Notes: generated from the letters alone by a model not told the origin. DNA of 64,000 bases from a virus (IMGVR_UViG_3300010413_000002:1-64000); one strand, 5' to 3'. Shown: positions 9,653-19,421, counted from the stretch's first letter. Translations and numbers: made by a program.

Positions 9653-10187
9653 TATTTCTTTTGTTTTTATTTTTATAAATAATTTTTTCTTGAATTTTAC
9701 CAGCAGTCCAACAGTTTATTTTAATACAAACTTCAACTGCCTCTCTAGGAGATTTATTTAAATACAATGCTGTTTTAGCTTCTCTAAATCCAGCACCATT
9801 ACTGTCAAATTCTCCTTCTTTTATTTCATAAATATCTAAATTATTCCATATATGATATAACTTTTCTTGATAATAAAAAAAATAATTATTTTCTAAAATT
9901 TTATCATCTTTGAATGTTTTTGAAAATTCTGAAATAATCCATTTTCTAAATTCCACAAAAAATCTTAATATATCCAATCTTTTATTTCCTTCTGGTTTTC
10001 TATTTTGACAAAATAATTCAAACTGATTAGATTCAGAACAAGAACCAGTACTACAAAAAATTATATTATTTACTTCAAATAATTTTTGAAAATTTTCATC
10101 TTTTGCACCACTATTTCCATAAAAGCCTCCGCTATCAGTAGCTATTTCTATTCTATCTTTATAATTTTTTACTGCTAATACAGTCAT
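9645..10187 (-). CDS. Hypothetical protein; possible Ntn-hydrolase (HslV/proteasome-like) fold.
   Basis: The N-terminus MTVLAVKNYKDRIEIATDSGG resembles the Thr1 N-terminus of proteasome beta / HslV. A later NGAGFREAKTALYL resembles the GSGxxxAxxA motif. Confidence 0.35.
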   Translation of the reverse strand: MTVLAVKNYKDRIEIATDSGGFYGNSGAKDENFQKLFEVNNIIFCSTGSCSESNQFELFCQNRKPEGNKRLDILRFFVEFRKWIISEFSKTFKDDKILENNYFFYYQEKLYHIWNNLDIYEIKEGEFDSNGAGFREAKTALYLNKSPREAVEVCIKINCWTAGKIQEKIIYKNKNKRNNE

Positions 10188-10204
10188 TATCTCTCCTTTT
10201 TATT

Positions 10205-10744
10205 TTATTCTAATTTTAATGGTTCATCTATTTTACTATCAAAAACTTCTTTAGTCTTTGTATTTATAACTATTGCATAAGGCTCAAGTTTTTCTTTGGT
10301 AAACCCAAATATTTTTAGGAATATTCCTTTTGGAACAGAATCGATCATTGTTTCAAAAGAGCGTTTTCTATCTAAAAGCATTTTTTGGCTTTTTTCAAAA
10401 TCATCTCTTCCTGCTTCTATTGTCCTTTGAATAGTTGAATAGAGTTCAGTTGATAGTTTATGATTATCTTCAGTAATTAATACTATTTTAGCTTTTAATC
10501 CTTCTTCTCCATATCTTCCAGTCATTGAAGCCTCTATTATCTCTTGTAGGTCTTTTTTGTACATTTTTGGAATTTGTACTGATTCCATTACTTTATTGGT
10601 AAAAGATGAGTATAAATTTTGATTCTGTTCGTAAGCGTATTTAATTCCTTTTAAAGAATTATTTCCATAATTATAAACTCCTATAAGATATATAGCTATT
10701 ATTGCTAATATAATTGCTATTCCAGTTAAAATATATTTTAGCAT
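10205..10744 (-). CDS. Hypothetical membrane-anchored protein.
   Basis: 179 aa, N-terminal transmembrane helix. Confidence 0.5.
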   Translation of the reverse strand: MLKYILTGIAIILAIIAIYLIGVYNYGNNSLKGIKYAYEQNQNLYSSFTNKVMESVQIPKMYKKDLQEIIEASMTGRYGEEGLKAKIVLITEDNHKLSTELYSTIQRTIEAGRDDFEKSQKMLLDRKRSFETMIDSVPKGIFLKIFGFTKEKLEPYAIVINTKTKEVFDSKIDEPLKLE

Positions 10745-10771
10745 TTTAGTCTCCTTTTAATAATTAATAAT

Positions 10772-11155
10772 TTATAAATTTTCTTTTGCTTCTTCATATC
10801 CTTCCCAATTATCTACACCAGCACACTCTAAAGCATTCAAAAAATCACTATCACGTTGTAAATTACGATTTTTTTCTTTTAGTTCTTTTAATTCATCTTC
10901 TATTATCTCATTAACTTGCTGATTTAAATAAACTTCATAAGCTTTAATAATTTCAGATTTTTTTGTATTTAATTTAGAAACTCCATTGTTTGTAATATGA
11001 CAGTATAATTCTGGCAAACCATCCATAAGATTATAGTAGTCAGCTAATTCACAAATTATTTTCTTCTTATTTAAAGAACCGTCTTTGTTTTCAACTATTT
11101 CTTTCCAATATTTGTTATAAATTTCTTCTTTCGTTAATTCTTTTTCTTCAGACAT
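10772..11155 (-). CDS. Hypothetical protein.
   Basis: 127-aa ORF. Confidence 0.5.
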   Translation of the reverse strand: MSEEKELTKEEIYNKYWKEIVENKDGSLNKKKIICELADYYNLMDGLPELYCHITNNGVSKLNTKKSEIIKAYEVYLNQQVNEIIEDELKELKEKNRNLQRDSDFLNALECAGVDNWEGYEEAKENL

Positions 11156-11180
11156 TTAGTTTTCCTTTTTTTTGTTAATA

Positions 11181-11693
11181 TTAATCTATTTTATTTTCTA
11201 ATGGTGGAAGTTTAGCTCCGTTTGAAATTTCTATTTCTTTCATTTTATCATAATCTTCTTGAGATATTTCTTCATAAGAAACGCTTGCTAACTTTTTAGA
11301 AAGCTCCCCAGATATTAAAGCCTCTACTTTTTTTAAGTTAAGTTTTTTCTTTGAAAGTTCTTCTTCTTTTTCTTTAATTTCATTAGAAAGTTTTTGAACA
11401 AGATTTCCAAAATAATTTTCAAGCTCTTGAATTGATGAAGGAAATAATTTTAAATCATTAGTACCACTATAAATTTTGTTTTCTATGTCAATTACATTAG
11501 ACCAAGAATTACGTTTATATTGCAAAAATTCTATATAAGTTGAACTTCCTTCGTTTAATAAATCTATGACAATACAATATGTCATTTTAATATTATTATC
11601 GTCTTCTTCTACCATCTTAACTACATCACCTTTTTTCAAAGATGTTATTTTTAAAATTTTAGCTTCAGATTGTATTAAAGTTTTAGTCTTCAT
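11181..11693 (-). CDS. Hypothetical protein.
   Basis: 170-aa ORF. Confidence 0.5.
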   Translation of the reverse strand: MKTKTLIQSEAKILKITSLKKGDVVKMVEEDDNNIKMTYCIVIDLLNEGSSTYIEFLQYKRNSWSNVIDIENKIYSGTNDLKLFPSSIQELENYFGNLVQKLSNEIKEKEEELSKKKLNLKKVEALISGELSKKLASVSYEEISQEDYDKMKEIEISNGAKLPPLENKID

Positions 11694-11735
11694 TTCATCT
11701 CCTTTTTTTAATAATTCTATATTATAAGTATTTAA

Positions 11736-11930
11736 TTAATTTTCAATACTTTTCTTATTTTTTTCAAAACTATGAAACTTATCACAATTTCCACAATATT
11801 TGAGATTGACATCGTTTTCGTCATAAGAAGTCATTCCGCATTTCTTACATTTTATGGCTTTTGTGAGAACTAAATAGTTTTTGTCTATGTAGATGATATA
11901 ATCATCATTTTCTTCAAGTATTACTTTCAT
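11736..11930 (-). CDS. Small zinc-ribbon protein.
   Basis: CKKCG...CGNC pairs. Confidence 0.45.
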   Translation of the reverse strand: MKVILEENDDYIIYIDKNYLVLTKAIKCKKCGMTSYDENDVNLKYCGNCDKFHSFEKNKKSIEN

Positions 11931-11932
11931 TT

Positions 11933-12295
11933 TTAATAAACTGTTGTTACTTTTCCGTTTTTAATAATAAATTCCTTATTGTCGCTTTTAACGTTATTAA
12001 CTCCATCAATAATAGCTTTTTCAACACCTTGTATTTCCAATATTTCTTTTTTTATTTTTGCAATTTTAACATTTGTAAATCTTTCCATATATCTAACAAT
12101 ACAATGGTCTGTTAGATAGTTTTTATCCTTTAAATTTATAAGTGTCTGTTCCAATTTTTTTTGTTGCTCTGACAATATTCGTATTTCTTCCGCTGTTTTT
12201 TTATGAATATCTTTTTTTTCAATTAAAAGCTTTTTAATTTCTCGTATTTGTTTTCGTAATTGTTTTAATTTTTCTGTGTGTAATTTTTTCATCAA
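11933..12295 (-). CDS. Hypothetical protein.
   Basis: 120-aa ORF. Confidence 0.5.
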   Translation of the reverse strand: MMKKLHTEKLKQLRKQIREIKKLLIEKKDIHKKTAEEIRILSEQQKKLEQTLINLKDKNYLTDHCIVRYMERFTNVKIAKIKKEILEIQGVEKAIIDGVNNVKSDNKEFIIKNGKVTTVY

Positions 12296-12385
12296 TTAGT
12301 TTTTCAGTTAACGCTTTGATTTCAACATCTATTATAAAATCAACCTTTTCAAATATATTAACAGCCATTTTATTTTTTTATTATT

Positions 12386-12667
12386 TTATAATTTTTCAAT
12401 ATAATTAACTACAATTCTATTACACTTCTCGGTTAATTTATCACTATCAAAAATTCTATCTATATATTTTTTAGGTAAATTTAAATGTTGATAACAACCA
12501 TCAGCAAAAATAGATTTAATAGCTTCTTCTTTTTTTCTTTCAAACAATTCCGCATAAGCAGGTTCTGTATATTCTTGTAAACCTGTATGATCTGTAGTAT
12601 AATCTAATCCATCATCATCTACTTCTTGTAATTTTACAAATTCTTTAATTAGTTGTTTCAATTTCAT
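12386..12667 (-). CDS. Hypothetical protein.
   Basis: 93-aa ORF. Confidence 0.45.
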   Translation of the reverse strand: MKLKQLIKEFVKLQEVDDDGLDYTTDHTGLQEYTEPAYAELFERKKEEAIKSIFADGCYQHLNLPKKYIDRIFDSDKLTEKCNRIVVNYIEKL

Positions 12668-13034
12668 TGTTTAAATAATTTTTTAAATTTTCTTCAGTTA
12701 AATCTTTTAAATCAATTTTTTTGTTATGAATTGAAATAGTTGTAATGTTTCTATCTAATAGATTAGCTTGTTTTTTTAATTCTTCAAGTGAAATATTATT
12801 ATCAACTGATGTAAAAAATTCTTCTTCTTTTCCATTGTTGTTATAACTAAAAATAACCGATGTTTTTTTAATTTCTTCAATCGATTTTTTATTTATTTTT
12901 AGTTCAAATCCTGCAATAGTAATAGATTTAACGTTGTTTTCTATTAAGTTTTCTAAAACAGAAAGCAATTTGTCTTCTTTTGGTATTTCATAAAGACCTT
13001 TTTTTCCGTTTTTATAAGATACGTTATATTTCAT
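12645..13034 (-). CDS. Hypothetical protein.
   Basis: 129-aa ORF. Confidence 0.45.
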   Translation of the reverse strand: MKYNVSYKNGKKGLYEIPKEDKLLSVLENLIENNVKSITIAGFELKINKKSIEEIKKTSVIFSYNNNGKEEEFFTSVDNNISLEELKKQANLLDRNITTISIHNKKIDLKDLTEENLKNYLNNEIETTN

Positions 13035-13065
13035 AAGTCCTCCATTTTTATTAATAAAATAAATT

Positions 13066-13623
13066 TTATAATTTTAATGTGTGGTTTTTAAAATTTATCA
13101 AAGCATTTAAATCTTTTTCTTTAAAAGTTATTAATTTATCAACCAATCCTTTTTTACATTTTTTTATAAAAGTAGATAGCTTTTCTTTTCCATCCATTAT
13201 AAAATTGTATTCATTATTGCATAAAATATTTTTATGATTAGATATTCTAACTGCAAAAAATATTTTTCCTTCGCTGTAATATTCGAAATATTTGCTAAAT
13301 TTCTTTGACAATTTCATAGTCTGTTCTATTTCTATTCCTTTTATACTTTTTAATTCATTTATTAAAGCGGTCATCTTTTTTTCAAATCTTTTATGCAAAC
13401 AATAAATAATGCTTAATTGTTTTTCTATAGAAATAAGTGAATATTCACTTTTTTTATTATTCTCTGCTTTTATAAATTTATCTTTTTCTCCAAATTTCTG
13501 TATTATTTTATTAGTAAATTTATCAGAAAAAATATAACCAACATTGTTATTTGAATACAAAGCGTATCTATTAAAGCTATTTTCTATTTCTTTTACAAAT
13601 TCATCATCTCTTAATATAAACAT
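13066..13623 (-). CDS. Hypothetical protein.
   Basis: 185-aa ORF. Confidence 0.5.
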   Translation of the reverse strand: MFILRDDEFVKEIENSFNRYALYSNNNVGYIFSDKFTNKIIQKFGEKDKFIKAENNKKSEYSLISIEKQLSIIYCLHKRFEKKMTALINELKSIKGIEIEQTMKLSKKFSKYFEYYSEGKIFFAVRISNHKNILCNNEYNFIMDGKEKLSTFIKKCKKGLVDKLITFKEKDLNALINFKNHTLKL

Positions 13624-13635
13624 TTTTTTTATTTG

Positions 13636-14034
13636 TTATTTTTTTGTATCCATAATATCAAAAATCATATTAGAATTTTCGTTTTTATCTTTTTTTGCAT
13701 TATTAGCCATACCAATAATAATATTTACAAAATCATCATTAGTTTTATTAAATATTTGACTTAAATAACCAACTACAAGACCTAAAGAACATGCAACAGA
13801 ATAAGCAGTTTGATTTTTTTGTTTATATAAAAATTTTACAGTTTTTCCAGCTAAATTCATTGCTTTTAAATATTGTTCTTTACTTTCTTTTTCTTGTTCA
13901 GTATTGACTTCGATTGTTTTAAGAAAAAGTTCTTTACTTTTTTTTAACATTTCGTCAAATTTTTTATCAAACTCTTTATTACTTAACATCTTCTTGTTCC
14001 TTATTATTAGTATCTTCATCAAAAATTTTATCAA
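13636..14034 (-). CDS. Hypothetical protein.
   Basis: 132-aa ORF. Confidence 0.45.
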   Translation of the reverse strand: MIKFLMKILIIRNKKMLSNKEFDKKFDEMLKKSKELFLKTIEVNTEQEKESKEQYLKAMNLAGKTVKFLYKQKNQTAYSVACSLGLVVGYLSQIFNKTNDDFVNIIIGMANNAKKDKNENSNMIFDIMDTKK

Positions 14035-14923
14035 TTATTGTAAATAACCACGGGGTTGTTGGTTCAAATTCTGGATGTTTTTCTGTTTTTTCTCTTAAAA
14101 TTGCAATCAACTCCTCAAAATAAGCTACATCTACACCAGTTAGTTGCTCTTCAAGAACAGAAGTGTTATTCAAATCTAATAATGATATTTGATAACACAT
14201 TTTAAAATATTCTCCTGCACTAATATTCCAACCTCTCTTAATAAACTTTCGACTTCTAATTACCGAAGTAATTGGATAAAGACTTCCACCATATTTTAGT
14301 TGTTTAGAAAGAAGCGATTCAAGAGCTTCTTTTTTTGTAATTAATTTATTTTTACTGTAATCATAATAATTAGTCGCATGAACAAAGTCATAATTCTTAT
14401 GTATTTCATCTGGCGTTCCGTAAAATCTTATTACAATTTGTATTTTGTCAGTTAAAGTTATTGCATTAGGACTAATAAAAGATACTTCAAATTTTTCCTT
14501 TTCTTTTTCTTTTTCTTCTTCTTCTTTTTCTTCAATTTTTTCATTACGCCAAAATCCTTTGTTTGGTATAAAAATTTTAACTCTATTTTTATCTAAATTT
14601 TCTAAAGCAATTGATACTTGTGTTTTTTGTCCAGTTATATTTTCATATTCATTCTCAAGGCTATCTATAGCTCCATCTAAAATTCTTAAATCTTTACAGT
14701 TAGTTTTTTCAACATAATATTGAGAAATAGCTTTTACGGCTTCTTTAGTTCTAAAATAAATATCAAAATCATTAACTTTTTCTTTCAAAAGCATTGAAGC
14801 TATAGAGCCTCCCGTAACTATTGTATTTTTAATAGCTAATTCCTTTACATTAGTATCGTCTATAGAATCTATCCATTTTTCTATTTTTTTATTTAAAATT
14901 TTTTTAATTGTTTTAATTTGCAT
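13979..14923 (-). CDS. Pol-beta-superfamily nucleotidyltransferase-fold protein (function unknown).
   Basis: TGGSIASMLLKEKVNDFDIYF fits the G[GS]-x(9-13)-D-x-[DE] minimal nucleotidyltransferase signature. 314 aa, with a poly-E/K linker. Confidence 0.4.
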   Translation of the reverse strand: MQIKTIKKILNKKIEKWIDSIDDTNVKELAIKNTIVTGGSIASMLLKEKVNDFDIYFRTKEAVKAISQYYVEKTNCKDLRILDGAIDSLENEYENITGQKTQVSIALENLDKNRVKIFIPNKGFWRNEKIEEKEEEEKEKEKEKFEVSFISPNAITLTDKIQIVIRFYGTPDEIHKNYDFVHATNYYDYSKNKLITKKEALESLLSKQLKYGGSLYPITSVIRSRKFIKRGWNISAGEYFKMCYQISLLDLNNTSVLEEQLTGVDVAYFEELIAILREKTEKHPEFEPTTPWLFTIIDKIFDEDTNNKEQEDVK

Positions 14924-15290
14924 TTTCCTCCTTTATACAACTTTCAACTAACAAAAGCATACGTGCTTTAAACGATTCGTTAGCTTTTAGTTTTTGAACG
15001 CTTCTTGTTATTACAGAATCGGCTTGCGATACAACTGTTTGAGAAATTTTTTTTATTACTTGTTTTTTAAGTTCTTCTTTAAACTCTTTTTGAGATAAAG
15101 CAGTTGAAATTATATTTTCAAATAAATTATTAATTTCAGAACTATGATTTTCCAAACATTTTTTATATATTTCATATAAAGGATTATTATAAGTTTCAGA
15201 AGTAATTTCAATTATACCTTTTTGCATATGAGTAAGAATTACTTTCATAATCTGTTCTTCTAATAAATCGATTTTATCTTTATTTGACAT
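14913..15290 (-). CDS. Hypothetical protein.
   Basis: 125-aa ORF. Confidence 0.45.
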   Translation of the reverse strand: MSNKDKIDLLEEQIMKVILTHMQKGIIEITSETYNNPLYEIYKKCLENHSSEINNLFENIISTALSQKEFKEELKKQVIKKISQTVVSQADSVITRSVQKLKANESFKARMLLLVESCIKEENAN

Positions 15291-15312
15291 ATTTATTTTT
15301 TCCTTTTATTTA

Positions 15313-15741
15313 TTAGCATCTAAATGGTAAAAATTCTTTATCTTCTTCTAATTTTTCTTTTATATATTTAAGTTTTGAATTCATTTTATTTTCAATCTCT
15401 AGTATATTTTTATAATTTAATTGTAATACTTTTGTATTCTTTTTAGTATATTTAGAATTAATATCTTCCATTGCTTTTCTTGAATTTAATATTAAAGCAT
15501 ATCTTAATAAACCACACCACCAACCTTCTTTGGTTTTACGTCTATCAATTAAATATTTATCATCTTCATTTATTATAACAAATTTATTTGTATTTTCTTT
15601 AGCTATTTCAAGATTTTCATTTCTTAATTCCATATATTCATTATATTCACGTTCTTTCATGTAAATATCAAAAGCTTTAAATTCTATACGTGAATTTTGA
15701 CATTCTATAGATTCTATTAATTCTTCTGCTCCTTGACCCAT
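15313..15741 (-). CDS. Hypothetical protein; first gene of the leftward block.
   Basis: 142-aa ORF next to the divergent control region. Confidence 0.5.
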   Translation of the reverse strand: MGQGAEELIESIECQNSRIEFKAFDIYMKEREYNEYMELRNENLEIAKENTNKFVIINEDDKYLIDRRKTKEGWWCGLLRYALILNSRKAMEDINSKYTKKNTKVLQLNYKNILEIENKMNSKLKYIKEKLEEDKEFLPFRC

Positions 15742-16095
15742 TTAAATTTATTTTGTTTTTAACTTTTTTTACTATAACACTACAAATTAAAAAGTCAAGA
15801 ACTTTTCATAAAAAAATTTTTTCTATAATAAAAAAGTGTATCAAAATGAAACAATATTTCAAATTTATTTTGAAAAAAACACTTGAATTAAATAATAATT
15901 TTATATATATATCGTTTAGGGAAGTTATACAAGTTTAGGGAAGTAAACAATTATAAGTATCACATCAAAATTAATTAAATTATAAATAAAAAAATACAAG
16001 AAGAAATAACTGGTATTTTAACAAACGATGTTTACGAATGGAAAAAAAGGAATTCAAAGATTTATAGAAAAATTATTAAATAAAAAGGAGGACTT
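15742..16095. promoter_or_regulatory. Divergent control region between the leftward block and the rightward replication block.
   Basis: 354 nt non-coding. Leftward promoter (TTGACT-16-TATAGT on the minus strand, about 15765-15796). Two direct copies of TTTAGGGAAGT (15916-15926, 15935-15945). Strong RBS AAGGAGG before 16096. Confidence 0.55.
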
Positions 16096-16899
16096 ATGAA
16101 ATATACATTTGAAGGTTTTTCACAGAAAAAAGCTATTGAAAATAAATTAGATTTTAAAGATCTTGCTATACTTAGATTTATAACTGATTTTTATCCAAAT
16201 ATGACGAAAAAAATTATTGATAATAAAGAATATGTTTGGATAAGTTATAAATATATTTTACAAGAAATTCCATTATTATATTTAAGCAAGAGATCTCTTT
16301 TTAATAGACTTACTGCATTAGAAAATAAAGGGTTTTTAGAAAGAAAATGTATAAAGAATAACGAAGGAACTTTTTCTTATATAAGATTAACTGAAAAAAT
16401 GGCAATTTTAATTAGTGAGGGTATGAAAAAAGCTTCTGACCGTATGAACTTAGATTCCGACGAGGGTCAGAATCTTATTTCCGACGGTGGTCAGAAGTTT
16501 ACTTCCGACCAAAATAATCCTTCTATTAAAATAAATTCTTCTATTAAAAATATCTTTTTAAAAGAAATATATATAAAGAAAGAAGAAAATGAAAAAAACT
16601 TTGAAGAATTTTGGAAAAATTATATCCCAATTAAATGCAATGATAGAATAGTTGGAAAAGGCAGTAAAAAAGAAGCGTATAAAGCATACAGTAAAAGTCT
16701 TAAAAAAGATACTCACAAAAACATCATAACTGGTTTAGAAGCTTATTTAAAGCATTGCGAAGAAAACAATCAATTTACAGCAGCCGTAACAACATTCTTA
16801 AATAAAGAATATTGGAAAAATGAATATGGAAACTTTATTAATGCAAGACAAAAAACTTACCAAAATTCAAATAATAATAATGAAAGGGAAATACTATGA
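16096..16899 (+). CDS. Phage replisome organizer / DnaD-like replication initiator (N-terminal winged-helix domain).
   Basis: N-terminus FEGFSQKKAIENKLDFKDLAILRFITDFYPNM...RLTALENKGFLER resembles phage replisome-organizer N-terminal domains. Followed directly by a helicase loader and DnaB. Confidence 0.6.
   Translation: MKYTFEGFSQKKAIENKLDFKDLAILRFITDFYPNMTKKIIDNKEYVWISYKYILQEIPLLYLSKRSLFNRLTALENKGFLERKCIKNNEGTFSYIRLTEKMAILISEGMKKASDRMNLDSDEGQNLISDGGQKFTSDQNNPSIKINSSIKNIFLKEIYIKKEENEKNFEEFWKNYIPIKCNDRIVGKGSKKEAYKAYSKSLKKDTHKNIITGLEAYLKHCEENNQFTAAVTTFLNKEYWKNEYGNFINARQKTYQNSNNNNEREIL
16455..16510. repeat. Candidate origin iterons embedded in the initiator gene.
   Basis: TTCCGACGAGGGTCAGAA (16455-16472), TTCCGACGGTGGTCAGAA (16479-16496) and TTCCGACC (16503-16510), with a 24-nt period. 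The segment is GC-rich in an AT-rich gene. Confidence 0.4.
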
Positions 16900-17540
16900 T
16901 TACGCTTAAAAGAAGAAACAGATTTGATAATATAACTTTTGATAACTTTGTTATAGACGAAAGTAATAAAGAAATTGTTGACTATTTAAAAGATTATTGC
17001 AATAACATTGAAAAGAAAATAGAACTCTGCGAAAATGTGATAATAAGCGGAACTGTAGGAACGGGAAAAACAATGTTAGCAAAGATTTTACAACAAAACT
17101 TACAAAAAAAAGAAATAACTGAAATAGTAGAAGAAGAGTCTTTTAATGGAACTGATTATGAAATTACTGAAAACAAACGAGTTAGAAAATTAAATATTAG
17201 ATATGTTTGTTGTAAAGACTTAATTGAAGAACTTCGTAAACATTTTTCTTCAGAGAATAAACAAAAAGTTCTTTGTTATCATGAAGCCGATATTTTAATT
17301 GTTGATGAAGTCGGAGTACAATACAATACAGACAATGAAAGAACAACTTTATATGATTTATTTGACTTCCGTTGGCAGAATTATAAACCTACAATTATTA
17401 TTTCAAACAATGAATTAATTCAGAAAGACAAAAATAGAGCGTTAGGTTTAAACAAAATATTAGGCTCAAGAATTTTAGATAGACTTAATAGTGGAACTAC
17501 AAGGTATTTTTATATCAATTCTAAATCAAAAAGAAGGTAA
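16896..17540 (+). CDS. DnaC/IstB-like AAA+ helicase loader.
   Basis: Walker A GTVGTGKTMLA and Walker B ILIVDEVG. Overlaps the initiator stop. Confidence 0.8.
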   Translation: MITLKRRNRFDNITFDNFVIDESNKEIVDYLKDYCNNIEKKIELCENVIISGTVGTGKTMLAKILQQNLQKKEITEIVEEESFNGTDYEITENKRVRKLNIRYVCCKDLIEELRKHFSSENKQKVLCYHEADILIVDEVGVQYNTDNERTTLYDLFDFRWQNYKPTIIISNNELIQKDKNRALGLNKILGSRILDRLNSGTTRYFYINSKSKRR

Positions 17541-18956
17541 ATGGAAGAAAAAGATAACGAAATTCACAACTTATACAACATAGAAGCAGAACAAACTGTT
17601 TTAGGGGTAATTATTTTAAATAATGAATACTTTGATTCTATAAATGAAATAATTAAAAAAGAATCGTTTTATGAGCCAATTCATTCGGTAATCTATGAAC
17701 ATATAGTTTATGTCTTAAAAGAAAAGAAAACAGTATTAGATTCCATAACTTTAAAGATATTTTTTAATACTAATGAGACATTAAAATCTATTGGCGGAGA
17801 TAAATACCTTTCGATTCTTTTAAGTATGGGAGCAGGAATTGTAGATATTAAAGATTATGCTAAGCTTATTAATGATTTATATAGAAAAAGACGGTTAATT
17901 TTACTTGGAGAAAAAATTGTTAATAGTATTTATAAAAATTCAAAAATCTCTGCTGATAAAATTATAGAAGATACAGAAAATTCTATTGAAAATATACAAA
18001 AAGAAACAGAAATAAAACTAAATATCAAAGAAGATATAAAAATAGCTAATGAAGAAATTTATGAAATAGGACTTGCATTAAAAGATCCAAATTATTTTAA
18101 TAAAGATTTAATAAAAACTGGTTTTAAAGATTTTGATAATAAATTCAATGGATTAAAAAAAGGAGAATTGGTTATATTAGCTGCTAGACCTTCTATGGGT
18201 AAATCAAGTTTGTCATTACAAATAGCATTAAATTTTATACAACAAGATAAAAATGTTATATTTTTTAGTTTGGAAATGTCAGAAAAAGAATTACAAACAA
18301 AAATATTTGCAAACATCAGTAGAATTAATTCAGAAAAAATAGAAAAAAGACAATTAAGCGAAGAAGAGTTTGAAACAATTTTTCTAAAAAGCGATGAATT
18401 TTTAAAGGATAAAAATTTTTTTATAGATGATACTTGTGCTGTTAATTGTAATTATATAGAAAAAATTTCAAGAAGAATTCAACGACTAAAAGGAGAGATT
18501 GATTTAATAATTGTTGACTATTTACAAATAATGGATTATCCAAAAGAAAATGAAGTTAAAGAATTAGGTTCTATCGTAGTTAGTTTAAAAAATATTTCTA
18601 AAAAGTTCAATTGTGCAATTTTATGTTTATCTCAATTAAATAGAAGTGTTGAATTGAGAGAAGATAAAAGACCATTTCTGAATGATTTAAGAGGTTCTGG
18701 CAATATTGAAGAAACAGCTAATATGGTTATTTTTTGTTATAGAAATTCTTATTATTTACAAAAAGAACTTAGTAAATTTGATATTTATGATATAAGTACC
18801 GAGTTTGAAAGAAAAGAAACTATGGCAAGATATGATTTAGTAAAAAATGATTTAGAACTTTTAGTAAGAAAAAATCGAAGAGGACAAACTGGTGATTGTA
18901 TGCTTTATTTTGATCCTAGATTTTCTTTAATAAGAGATAAAATTAGCTTGACTTAA
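17541..18956 (+). CDS. dnaB: Replicative DNA helicase, DnaB family.
   Basis: N-terminal EAEQTVLG signature, Walker A AARPSMGKSSLSL, IIVDYLQIM. Confidence 0.9.
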   Translation: MEEKDNEIHNLYNIEAEQTVLGVIILNNEYFDSINEIIKKESFYEPIHSVIYEHIVYVLKEKKTVLDSITLKIFFNTNETLKSIGGDKYLSILLSMGAGIVDIKDYAKLINDLYRKRRLILLGEKIVNSIYKNSKISADKIIEDTENSIENIQKETEIKLNIKEDIKIANEEIYEIGLALKDPNYFNKDLIKTGFKDFDNKFNGLKKGELVILAARPSMGKSSLSLQIALNFIQQDKNVIFFSLEMSEKELQTKIFANISRINSEKIEKRQLSEEEFETIFLKSDEFLKDKNFFIDDTCAVNCNYIEKISRRIQRLKGEIDLIIVDYLQIMDYPKENEVKELGSIVVSLKNISKKFNCAILCLSQLNRSVELREDKRPFLNDLRGSGNIEETANMVIFCYRNSYYLQKELSKFDIYDISTEFERKETMARYDLVKNDLELLVRKNRRGQTGDCMLYFDPRFSLIRDKISLT

Positions 18957-19010
18957 AACGAGAAGTTAGTAAACTAGACTTAGTTATTAAGTAAAGAAAA
19001 CAATTTAAAA

Positions 19011-19421
19011 ATGGAGATTAATTTAGTTTTAAAAAAAATTTCTCACAAACATCCAGAAAAATATGAAGTCTATAGCGGTTTCGAATTAGTAGGTTGTATT
19101 GAATTAAGACATGGTAAGTTAAAGGTTTATTTTCCAAGTAAAAAAGGAAAGAAAATTTATGAACATTTTTTTGGATGCGGTAAAGGAGAATTTGAAGACG
19201 AAGAAGAAAAAAGAGAATATTTAAGTATATGTAAACAAGAAATAGCTAAATCTTTAAAAAAAGATTATATTTTAAATAAACAAGTAAGTCTATCAATTTC
19301 AAAAGGTGTCTTAGAAGATGTTGATTTAGCTTTAGAGATAGAAAATAAATTTTATTCTTTGCTTGACGAAGTAATTGAAGATATGCAATTTTTTATAAAT
19401 AAAAAAACTGAAAAGAAATGA
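19011..19421 (+). CDS. Hypothetical protein.
   Basis: 136-aa ORF. Confidence 0.5.
   Translation: MEINLVLKKISHKHPEKYEVYSGFELVGCIELRHGKLKVYFPSKKGKKIYEHFFGCGKGEFEDEEEKREYLSICKQEIAKSLKKDYILNKQVSLSISKGVLEDVDLALEIENKFYSLLDEVIEDMQFFINKKTEKK

Noticed and set aside
10205-10744. LemA-family assignment for the membrane-anchored 179-aa protein.
   Set aside because: Only the N-terminal TM plus Tyr/Asn-rich start resembles LemA; the conserved LemA core motifs were not found.
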